In this document: one piece after another, positions 11,957 to 23,100 of the stretch
How positions within the stretch are numbered: position 1 is the stretch's first letter
How the letters are laid out: the number at the start of each line of letters is the position of its first letter
NCBI GenBank assembly: GCA_977017575.1
Contig: CDRNVI010000035.1
Location: 1-64,000 of the forward strand
Length of the DNA stretch: 64,000 nucleotides
Source of the DNA: Paramoeba atlantica
Lineage: Eukaryota; Protista; Discosea
Direction: 5' to 3'
The notes under the pieces: generated by a model
Databases searched by the model: none
Seen by the model: the letters and a program-made list of their open reading frames with translations, nothing else
Told to the model about the DNA's origin: nothing
Program-made: the position numbers and the translations under genes

Positions 11957-13022
11957 GGGTAGGGGGGACCTTCGATGAAGCTTCATCGAAAGTGTACAAC
12001 TTTCGATGAAGCACATTGAAAGTTGTACACTTTCGATGAATCTTCATCGAAGGTGTTTTTGACTTTTTTTTTATTTTTTCAAATCTTCACGCAAACGTTT
12101 TTCGCGGATCCATATAGACATTTTGACTTTTTTGGTGCATCATCGAAGTGTTTTGTGAAGGTTCGTAGAGGAATTTCACCGTTTCTTCAGTTTATCTTCA
12201 TCGAAGCGTTTTTGACTGATCCATATACATATTTTGAGCGACAATCCTGCGGAAGGGGTAAACACAGGATTTTCGTTGAGTACTCAACGAAGTGCCGGAT
12301 TTTCGTTGATTACTCAACGAACGGAAATTCACGGTGGAAATCAAGGACTTTTGCATAAGTCAAGGACTTTTGTGGAACATCCAAGAATTTTTTTTTGATT
12401 TTCATTTTCCGTGCGTTCAGTATCCTACACTTCGCTATATACGTTGACAACGCCTGCGTAGCGAAAACTACGAAATTCAGTGAGCTTCGCAAATTGCTTC
12501 CCACTAACGACGCACAGGGGAACCCTACGCGGGGTACGGCTCAGGCCCGCTCACGCGGGCCCTCGCCGTTTCGCGGCCGCGCGCACCCCCGCTCACGCGG
12601 GGGCCCCCGCGCGGCCAAAATGGGTACTAAAATTTGTTATCAAGGTAGTTGGGCTTCGCAAATTGCTTCCCACGAATGGGTACTAAAATTTGTTATCAAG
12701 GTAGTTGGTCAAGATTATCAAGTAGTTATCAGTTGGGCCTTTCTTCCTCCTCCCTCTAAGGTCCTGCAGATTTTTTACGGTCACAGGGTACGTTCGTTGA
12801 GAAATCAACGAACGTACCCCCAAGCCAAAATGTGAAAGAAAACGGAAAGTCAGAATTCAGACAAAAAAACAAAAAATTATTGAAATTAAAATGAAATTAT
12901 ATGTTTCATGCAACGTGTTTTCAACAGCCAATGGAAAAATTCGTTCAAAAACAAAAAGTTAAAAAAGTCAAAAAAAGTCAAAAACACCTTCGATGAAGAT
13001 TCATCGAAGGTCCCCCCTAGCC
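11957..13022. mobile_element. Non-autonomous TIR element T1 (Merlin-type MITE), intact copy
   Basis: GGGTAGGGGGGACC... / ...GGTCCCCCCTAGCC; GTTGTTTC at 11949-11956 and 13023-13030. Confidence 0.85.
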
Positions 13023-13074
13023 GTTGTTTCTGTACCTTGTTGATTTCATTATATCTATTCTATTCAAAAACCGA

Positions 13075-13556
13075 ATGTTCACGCGTCAATTCACCTGCAG
13101 AGAACGCGACTACGAAGACCAGAATGTTGATTTCACCAGAGAAGCTAACAGGCATGAACTCGGATCATGGAACCAATTTGCCGCTAACGAAAAACTCACG
13201 AACAACAAGCCAAGTACATACAACGATTTGCTTTATACAACAGGCATACCCGCACACACATCGAAAGAGTGGAACGAGAAACTAACACGCGTCGTGGAAG
13301 AGATAGGTGTAGACACAACGCCGGATCAAGGACACGATAAGCATCGAGACGAAGAGGACAGGTATTCCAGTGTGACAGCCTCTAAAACGCAGGAACCTCC
13401 AGTCATAAAGAAGCTTTCAAACGGAATGCAGCTGCGACCCAGAGCTTCTCCCAATTCAAGTCAGACACAAGAAGCTATTCGAATCAAATCTAGCCCACAC
13501 TCGGGGTCAAAACACGAGAGAAAACTTAAACCACCACCATCAAAGCAGATAAAAGT
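13075..13556 (+). pseudogene. 5-prime fragment of family A2 (LsmAD-like)
   Basis: Near-identical to 20159-20640, then joined to the Merlin-2 5-prime region. Confidence 0.85.
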
Positions 13557-13593
13557 CTCAGCGCTTCCTTTTTACTCAGTTCTGCTTTTCATC

Positions 13594-15763
13594 ATGAACA
13601 ATAACAACAACAATCAGCAGGATCCTGACGCTATTCTCAGAAGTTTCATTTCTCTTCTCGAGGCTGCCACGTACCGAGAACACCGGCGAGGACCTTTAGG
13701 AGATGGCCCGGCAGTACTTCCTGACCCACGTTACCTTAATAGTTCACGTTTTGAAATTTAGCCGAGGGGCGGCTATATATTTGCCTGCTGGCCCTTCGGG
13801 GCACATAATTTTCTCAAATTATGATGTAGTATTCTCTAATTGCATGGAGGGGGGTGTTTACTCGTTTGTTATATTCTTGTTAGGTTGTTATTTTGTTACG
13901 TTTAAAGTTTTGTCTTTAACGATAAAGATACAGTTTCTGTACCTTGTTGGTTGTTATTTTGTTACGTTTAAAGTTTTGTATGAGATCCCAACGTTTACGG
14001 GCTCCGTCGGAGCCACGCCAGGAGCGCGATAGATCACCGAAGCGGAATAGGGCGCCGACACCCATTCAGACCTCCTCCGTCCAAGACTATTCTAAGCGTC
14101 AGTCCCTTTCGTGCCCTCCCGTGCGCCCCCCTCTCCCCCCTCTCCCCACGCAGCCGGCTCCGCAGGTAGGTTATAGCGATTAGCGCCTTAATGTTTTTAA
14201 CCGCGTCATTGTTGACACGGCCGTACACCACGCCTAGTTGCTCCACACTTCTAGGTCCCAAGTTGGTATATGGGCAGAGGTTGAAAGCGTAACCTGTGTA
14301 GCTCGTGTGAGCTTGTAAAGGGCGTGGTAATGGACTGGTCATCTATTGCTATCGTTATCCTTTTGTGAGCTCTGCATATTTTGATATTTTCTATCTATTA
14401 ATATTTGACTACGTGATTGGGCATTTTGCGTTTATTGTGACGTGTGTGTGGGCAGGTTGGCCGAGGGTTCCGGTGGGGGGGAACCCCGTTAGCAGAGTGA
14501 CATTGATTGTGTTGTTTTATGCAGGCTTGTTTCTTTTCCATCTTTGTGCGTGTGAAATGAATGAATGATATGTTGTGTCATTTTGAATTACGATTGAGCT
14601 ATTCATAGTTGTTCATTTATTCATATATGTTATCAGTGTATATGTTTCCAGGGAGCCCCTCGGCGTGGATTTCCAACCCAACTTTATGGCGTGATGTGCC
14701 GTTGCGCCCGCTTTGTAACGGATGCCCTGCTTTTAACTGTGTCAAGCGTTGGCGCAGTATGCAAGACATTCCTCTTGGCGCGGATGCCGAAATCTGGATG
14801 AGCTGCCATGGTTTTTTGACTCCGCCATCGTGCCGAAAGCATGGAACGGAAAAGATGGCGTCCGTACCGGGGAAGAATTATATGATTTGCATGTTTAAGG
14901 AGCCTGGAATGCGGAACCCCTGTCGAATAAAGATGGGAAAGTTTGAGCCATACATTTCTTTGCGGAGCCATCTAACTCCCACCATCCTTTTACTTCTTTG
15001 GGCAGACATTGCGAATCAGCTTTGTACTGGCCAAATCTGCCACAGCCGAGGGGTGGGTAGAAAAACAGTCCAGGAAGTGTTACACTCCGCGGCCAATGCT
15101 GCGCTTTCCCAAGAGCAGTCCGAGCAATACGAGTTTTCTCGCATCCAAGTGGACGAAACGTTCATTGGAAAGAGAAAGTATCAGCGTGGGAGGCGGCAGC
15201 GGAAAAGGGGATGGTGGTTTGCCACCGTCACGGAGATACGTGGACAAGAAATGGGAAGAACCCATTGGAAGTTAGTCAAGCGTCGAGACACGGAAACGCT
15301 GCATAACTTCATCCTGCCGCACTTGACGAGTGCACGGGCTGTGGTTGTCAGTGACTGTTGGGGGGCGTATTCCACTCTGGGGGACTTTTGTCGCCACCAC
15401 GCTGTGAATCATAGCGTGGAGTTTGTGAACTCCCAAGGCTACCACACTAACACCGCTGAAGGGTCGCATCGCATCATTAAAGACTGGGTGAGGAAGCAGC
15501 ATTACAACTTTGGGGCTTCTTCCTTGGAATTGATGCGAAATGTGGCCCTTCAGTGTGTGAAGTTGGGGGAAGTTCACAACGGGCGAGAGACTGCTTGGCA
15601 AACTCGACTTTCCAACCTCTTGGGGTGTTTTCTTGAGTACTACGGCTCGGACGTAGATGACTTCGACGACAGTGTGAGTTTGAGCAGCTGTCCATCAGAC
15701 TATACCAGCGGCGATGATTTCGTTTCGAGTGAGTCTGAAGGTCATGCTATGCATGACGAGTGA
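13594..15763 (+). CDS. Merlin transposase family 2, split by a 934-bp insertion (13737-14670)
   Basis: Removing the insert restores ...PDPRYL-SNPTLWR... in frame; FISLLEAATY resembles Merlin-1 FMALLESATY; VDETFIGKRKY, SDCWGAY, HTNTAEG motifs. Confidence 0.88.
13737..14670 (+). mobile_element. Non-coding TAATAG element Mb with nested SL and YR-element fragment
   Basis: Ends TAATAGTTCACG and CCTCGGCGTGGAT match the copy at 50263-51248. Confidence 0.7.
13914..13949 (+). other. Solo SL exon flanked by a 30-bp direct duplication
   Basis: GTTGTTATTTTGTTACGTTTAAAGTTTTGT at 13884-13913 and 13950-13979. Confidence 0.85.
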
Positions 15764-16237
15764 AACAATATTTTTGTACATATCTATTCATGTAGTTTGC
15801 TGGGACTCAGGGCTAAACCTGACTGGCTAAAAAAAATGAAAAAAAATAAAAAAAAATGAAAAAAACTATAAAAAAAAGTGTTCTTTTGGGCTAGGGTGGT
15901 CAAGAATCGTCGCACCAAAGATAAAGATCCAGTTTCTGTACCCGTCCGAACGATATCATTCGTTGTGAAGCGCACACTGTATTACGAAATGTCAAAAACG
16001 CTTCGATGAGTGATACCTAAAAAACCTCACAAATCGATGAGTACCAATAATAAGCGTAAATTCTCTATTAGAATCGGTCACATACGCTTCGGTGAGTAAT
16101 AAAAAAAACTCGAAAATCTCTATTAGAGTCGCTCAAAAACGCTTCGATGAGTACTCATCGAAAGTTGTAAACTTTCGATGAGACTCACGGAAAGTTGTAG
16201 ACTTTCGATGAGTACTCATCGAAGGTCCCCCCTACCC

Positions 16238-17395
16238 GGTTTCGTCAACTTCCGGATGAGTAATCTTCGCGCTCACGGAAAGCTACGGGAAACGTGCCAT
16301 GAGGACTTGTCTGCGCGAAGCGTGTTGGTTTCTTATCCGCAGGTTGTGATTTCTGGCCTCGAGCGCCCAAACCTCCTTTCAGCTCGGCTTGGTTTCGTCA
16401 ACTTCCGGATGAGCAATCTTCGCGCTCACGGAAAGCTACGGGAAACGTGCCATGAGGACTTGTCTGCGCGAAGCGTGTTGGTTTCTTATCCGCAGGTTGT
16501 GATTTCTGGCCTCGAGCGCCCAAACCTCCTTTCAGCTCGGCTGGGTTTCGTCAACTTCCGGATGAGTAATCTTCGCGCTCACGGAAAGCTACGGGAGACG
16601 TGCCATGAGGACTTGTCTGCGCGAAGCGTGTTGGTGTCTTATCCGCAGGTTGTGATTTCTGGCCTCGAGCGCCCAAACCTCCTTTCAGTTCGGCTTGGTT
16701 TCGTCAACTTCCGGATGAGTATTCTTCGCGCTCACGGAAATCTACGGGAAACGTGCCATGAGGACTTGTCTGCGCGAAGCGTGTTGGTGTCTTATCCGCA
16801 GGTTGTGATTTCTGGCCTCGAGCGCCCAAACCTCCTTTCAGCTCGGCTTGGTTTCGTCAACTTCCGGATGAGCAATCTTCGCGCTCACGGAAAGCTACGG
16901 GAAACGTGCCATGAGGACTTGTCTGCGCGAAGCGTGTTGGTTTCTTATCCGCAGGTTGTGATTTCTGGCCTCGAGCGCCCAAACCTCCTTTCAGCTCGGC
17001 TGGGTTTCGTCAACTTCCGGATGAGTAATCTTCGCGCTCACGGAAAGCTACGGGAGACGTGCCATGAGGACTTGTCTGCGCGAAGCGTGTTGGTGTCTTA
17101 TCCGCAGGTTGTGATTTCTGGCCTCGAGCGCCCAAACCTCCTTTCAGTTCGGCTTGGTTTCGTCAACTTCCGGATGAGTATTCTTCGCGCTCACGGAAAT
17201 CTACGGGAAACGTGCCATGAGGACTTGTCTGCGCGAAGCGTGTTGGTGTCTTATCCGCAGGTTGTGATTTCTGGCCTCGAGCGCCCAAACCTCCTTTCAG
17301 CTCGGCTGGGTTTCGTCAACTTCCGGATGAGTAATCTTCGCGCTCACGGAAAGCTAAGAGAAACGTGAGGACTAGTCTGCGTCCTCCCGCAAGTT
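16238..17395. repeat. 153-bp satellite, second array, about 7.5 units
   Basis: Same unit and variant order as 8080-9545; preceded by the T2 terminus. Confidence 0.97.
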
Positions 17396-17524
17396 GTGAT
17401 GTAAAGTCGATAAGAAGTTGATGTGCGAGATGAACTTATCGAGTCACGTAAAAAAAAAAGACTTTGTATTAAGTTCGGTTCTCATTTCGTCGCAATATAC
17501 ATATGGTATATAAAAAAAAAAAAA

Positions 17525-19088
17525 ACTTCACAGCGTTAAGCCAAAGAAGACAGCAAGAGTAAGAGTAGCCACACACACGGATCCCACGTTATCTCCGAAC
17601 TGGGCTGATCAAGGCGTACATGAGAATCCTCCTGTTGACCCTCACAATTCCAATATTATTAAGCTAAAAGGGATAAAATATAATCAGATTGGTAGGGGGC
17701 ACTGTGATTCCGAGGTTGAAGCTTCGGAACAAGATATGTCGTCCGAGACTGATTCCGAGCCGTTCTCTTTGAAAGAAGGTAGTGGCATTGATATCGACGA
17801 TAAGTAGTGGCATTGATACGACGGAAAACTCTCAGGATTCAGATATCATGTCTTTGGACGAAAGAGATGAACAAACCAACTTTGCCAAAGCTCCTGATCG
17901 AGTATACAACATTGTGTCAGAATGGGGAAAAGGCACGACGTGCGAAATTCAATGGAGCTTCCGACGCAACGATACAAAATTCCACTCCATAGGCGAGGTT
18001 GTGAAAAGAACGTCCCGGCGAGAAAAAGTAAAGATCCAAATTGCGTATAAACCGGAAGATGGACAGGAAGGAACGTCGGGAATACTTTATCTTCCACAGT
18101 CGGAAAAAATTCGGATCTGGTCTCTCCACGCCCTGCAAGAAAACAAGGTTTCAGTGTCAAACATGTTCAAAGTTGAAGTGGAAGAAACATGCCCTGAGAG
18201 CGACCTAAAATTGGACCTTGATCCGCTTCCACAAATGGCTCAAATTGACCCATCTTTCGCTGTTCATGTCGTTGCAATCTTTCGCTCCATCGTACGCGAA
18301 TATCCCAAGACACAAATGGAGTCCGAGAAAACAGCGATTTGGCATAAGCTCTTAAATGCTCCGCGTGATTCTTTGGCGACGGTTCGTCAAAAGATACAGA
18401 GAAGTCAAAGTAGCGTAAGAAGAGTCAAGCGAAAGGAATTTTTTTTTTTTTTTTTGGAAAGGAATTGGTGCCGGATGAAGAATCTCTCAGTGAAGAGCAA
18501 CGTCTGGAGTTGGAAATAGATCGCCGCTCCATAAGAAATGCACTTCAAACTGCGAAGGCAGGGAATGTAGGAAAGGCCACACGTGTGCTAGACAATGTAT
18601 ATCGAGATTCTTCTTTACAGCCAGGAGAGAAAGCGTCAAAGCTGAAAGAGCTCCACCCGACAGGTCCATCACCTCAGTTTCTAGAAGGCGATTTTCCGCG
18701 AACAGCTATTGTTGAGCCGTCTGAACTGCGCCTTGCAACGGAGAAACTGTCGAAGGGAGCTTCACCTGGACCGACGGGTTTTAGTGAGAGTATGATGCGA
18801 CTTTTGATCGACGATGAAGAGGCGTGCCTAGCACTCTGTCACATGTTTCGAGATGTCATAAATGGAGATGTGACTGAGACCGTCCGAGATCGCTTAACCC
18901 GGTGTCGAATTATAGCTCTTGCTAAACCAAACAATGGCATCCGACCTGTGGCCATGGGGGATACAATTCTCAAAATTTGCGGATCAATCCTCTTGGAAAG
19001 ACATGGAAGCACACTGAAACCCCTTTTTCAACCATTGCAGCGAGGCATACTGCAGCAGAATGCATGTGAATCCATAGTGCACGAGCTC
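17525..19088 (+). pseudogene. Family A1 N-terminal half, third copy, with two small insertions
   Basis: Matches 9672-11192 apart from a short duplication near 17800 and a poly(T) insert at 18441-18456. Confidence 0.85.
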
Positions 19089-20158
19089 TAATAGTCCACG
19101 TTTTGAAATTTAGCCGAGGGGCTGTTATGTATTTGCCTGCTGGCCCTTCGGGGCACATAGTTTCTTCGAATTATGATTTGTATTCAGAATTTTACATGGG
19201 ATGGGTATTTACTATTATCTTATATATCCTTGTTAGGTTGTTATTTTACTTCGCTTTAAGTTTTTGCGGCAGGTTGGCCGAGGGTTCCGGTGGGGGGGAA
19301 TCCCGTTAACAACGTGACACATGATTATTGGTTTTATGCAGGCTTTCTTTTGAACTATGTTTGTGCATGTGAATTCTATCTATATATCGTATTATGTGTT
19401 CTTTGATTTTGGGACGATTTGGAAGTGTGATTATATTAGTCATAGGTATTTACTTATATTTGTTTGTTACTTATTTCATTTTCCGTGCGTTCAGTATCCT
19501 ACACTTCGCTATATACGTTGACAACGCCTGCGTAGCGAAAACTACGAAATTCAGTGAGCTTCGCAAATTGCTTCCCACTAACGACGCACAGGGGAACCCT
19601 ACGCGGGGTACGGCTCAGGCCCGCTCACGCGGGCCCTCGCCGTTTCGCGGCCGCGCGCACCCCCGCTCACGCGGGGGCCCCCGCGCGGCCAAAATGGGTA
19701 CTAAAATTTGTTATCAAGGTAGTTGGGCTTCGCAAATTGCTTCCCACGAATGGGTACTAAAATTTGTTATCAAGGTAGTTGGTCAAGATTATCAAGTAGT
19801 TATCAGTTGGGCCTTTCTTCCTCCTCCCTCTAAGGTCCTGCAAATTTTTTACGGTCACAGGGTACGTTCGTTGAGAAATCAACGAACGTACCCCCAAGCC
19901 AAAATGTGAAAGAAAACGGAAAGTCAGAATTCAGACAAAAAAACAAAAAATTATTGAAATTAAAATGAAATTATATGTTTCATGCAACGTGTTTTCAACA
20001 GCCAATGGAAAAATTCGTTCAAAAACAAAAAGTTAAAAAAGTCAAAAAAAGTCAAAAAAAGTCAAAAACACCTTCGATGAAGATTCATCGAAGGTCCCCC
20101 CTAGCCGTTGTTTCTGTACCTTGTTGATTTCATTATATCTATTCTATTCAAAAACCGA

Positions 20159-23100
20159 ATGTTCACGCGTCAATTCACCTGCAGAGAACGCGACTACGAA
20201 GACCAGAATGTTGATTTCACCAGAGAAGCTAACAGGCATGAACTCGGATCATGGAACCAATTTGCCGCTAACGAAAAACTCACGAACAACAAGCCAAGTA
20301 CATACAACGATTTGCTTTATACAACAGGCATACCCGCACACACATCGAAAGAGTGGAACGAGAAACTAACACGCGTCGTGGAAGAGATAGGTGTAGGCAC
20401 AACGCCGGATCAAGGACACGATAAGCATCGAGACGAAGAGGACAGGTATTCCAGTGTGACAGCCTCTAAAACGCAGGAACCTCCAGTCATAAAGAAGCTT
20501 TCAAACGGAATGCAGCTGCGACCCAGAGCTTCTCCCAATTCAAGTCAGACACAAGAAGCTATTCGAATCAAATCTAGCCCACACTCGGGGTCAAAACACG
20601 AGAGAAAACTTAAACCACCACCATCAAAGCAGATAAAATGCACTGGAAGAATCCCACAACGCAAGGAAACCGTATCTGACTCATCTGAGAATTCCGACGC
20701 CAGCACCACATCGATAGAAAGCACCATGTCGGACATGGCAACGGATAGCGAAGATCACGGGGGAGACGCAGATATGTCAGCTGACGAGAACGACACGCAC
20801 ACGGATTTTCAAAAAGCACCAGACCAAATCCACCGTACGATTCGCTCTTGGGGAAAGGGAACGAAATGCAAGGTTAATTGGAAGTTTAGGAACACAGAAA
20901 CCTTGTATCAGTCGACGGGCGAAGTGATTGCAAGATGGTCAAGAAGGGGAAATGTACGCGTAAAGGTCCAGTATGCACCAGCGAACGGGGAGGGTCCAAG
21001 CGGAATTTTGCATCTCCCATCCTCCTACAAGATCGAGATACACGACCTACGAGCAACGGAGTTAACAAGAATCCCAATGAATGCAATACACGAAATCGAG
21101 ATCCCTGACGTTCCGGAAACAGACATGGGCAACGATCTAGACCCTCTGCCGTCTCTCGCCCACATCGACCCAGGTTTCGCAGTACACGTGATAGCAATCT
21201 TTCGGGCAATCATTCGAAACTACCCCAAACTTCAGTTGACGTCGGAGAAGACAGCCATGTGGCACAAATTTTTGAACGCGCCACGCGAATCCCTAGCAAC
21301 GGTGCAACAGGCAGTCACAAGAAAACAGAGCGCCCCAAGGAAGCAGAAACTACAACACGTCGAATGGGAATCAATGTCACAAGGGGAAAAAGAAGAAATG
21401 GAGGTAGACCGCAGATCCATCCGAAATGCCTTGAAAAATGCTCGAGCCAGCAACATCAGTAAAGCGACACGCATTCTTGACAACGTATATCTAGACTCAA
21501 CCCTAAGCATGGACGAAAAAGTCAAAAAGCTAAGACAACTACACCCAGAAGGAACACCCCTCTTAGCCACAACATCCGACTTTCCTCAGATTGGCGTGGT
21601 CGAAAAACACGAGATTATATCGGCAATAAGCAAACTTGCACCAGGAGCGGCCCCGGGACCTACAGGCTTAAGCGAAAGCATGTTGCATCTCCTTGCCAGT
21701 GACGAAGAATCATCGACAGCTCTATCTCACATGATACGCGATGTAATAAACGGGGAGGTATGCGAAACAGTCCGAACGAGATTAACAAGATGCCGACTTT
21801 TGGCCCTGAACAAACCCATGAACGGAGTACGCCCAATCGCAGTAGGAGAAACGCTCTTAAAAGTGTGTGGTACGATTCTCCTCCAAAGACACGAAGAAAA
21901 GATTAAAGACTTTTTCCATCCGGTTCAATGCGGTGTCCTGCAAAGAAACGCATGCGAAGGAATAGTTCACACCATAGCAAAAGAATATGAGGAGGGATAC
22001 ACCATCCTAGCAGTTGATTACGCGAATGCCTACAACACACCTACACGACAATCAATCTACGACGCCCTGAAGAAGTACAATATCTTCAAACCCTTCATGC
22101 GACTATTTGCCCTAGAGTACGGAGCTCCATCAGATTTTCTCTTCTTTGCGAACGACACTCTACATTCTACGATAAAAAGTACCTCAGGAGTACGACAAGG
22201 ATCAGCGCTCTCATCACTGTACTTCTGCGCCCTCATCCAGGATTCCCTGAAAGACATAGAAGAGCTCTTCCCAGAAGTCAAGGTAAGAGCGTACATGGAT
22301 GATATTACACTCTCCTCCCGCGATCCAGCTACGCTCGAAGCCGCATTCCTCCACCTACGCGAAGCATCAAACGATTTGGGACTGAAGGTCAACTTCTCAA
22401 AATGTGAATGGTTCAAAAAAGCGAGCGACTCAGCATACAATCAAGAGCAAACCCCGCAGTCGCTGCAAGATCTGGGAATGAGTGCAACGCATGAAACTAT
22501 CAAAATCTTGGGCGCGTACATTGGAAACGATCAGATCGTCAGCAACCTCCTAGTTCGCAAGCTAGAAAAACACAAATGTCTGTTTCGGCGACTTTATCGT
22601 ATGGGTCCCAGCAATCTCTCCCTCGCTATTCTGCAAAAGTGTACTAACCCCAGACAAGACTACCACATCCGAGTGCATAAACCCGACGCCTCTTTGGAAC
22701 TGGCGCAACAATTTGATACAGAAATCGGCAATATAGTTTCCCATTGGTTTCAGGCAAGAGGAGATTCATTAAGGCTAGCTTCATTGCCCGAAAAACTCGG
22801 AGGACTCGGCTTAACACCATCATGCTTGAAGCACAAATACTTCTACAGTGCGTCTCGTCGATCCATTGAAGAGCAAGGAAAATCTCTTAACGCTCCGGTG
22901 GAGAAATCGAAACACACTAAGAAGATTTCAGTGCTGCCAGAAGACAAATCAACAGCAAGCAAGATGGCTACGAAAGCAATCAGGGGAGAGCAAAAAATGA
23001 TCGCCGCTGAACTGCGAAGAAACAAAAAACTGAATGATATACTCGATCGCACGACAAATTCCCACAACCATCTGCACTCCACGAGCAACTATGTGAACCC

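Noticed and set aside
13755-13865. Kinetoplast minicircle conserved blocks (AGGGGCGG and GGGGGGTGTTTA resembling CSB-1 and CSB-3)
   Set aside because: Only loose matches, no CSB-2 at the expected spacing, no guide-RNA cassette, and the unit behaves as a nuclear insertion
14225-14335. Twister-like ribozyme (CCACGCC/GGCGTGG stem, GGTCCCAAG loop)
   Set aside because: The extra hairpins lie after the GAG instead of before the P2 3-prime strand, there is no UAA at the cleavage position and the second pseudoknot is not evident; kept only as a structured part of Mb
11957-16237. Palindrome arrays resembling CRISPR or attC repeats
   Set aside because: No unique spacers and no cas genes or integron context; explained as subterminal motifs of TIR elements in a eukaryote
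8050-17368. Long 51-aa-repeat ORFs (488 and 396 aa) in the 153-bp arrays, and similar ORFs in the 177-bp array
   Set aside because: The unit length is a multiple of 3 and happens to lack stops in one frame; no start context, no domain, and the variants do not look codon-constrained
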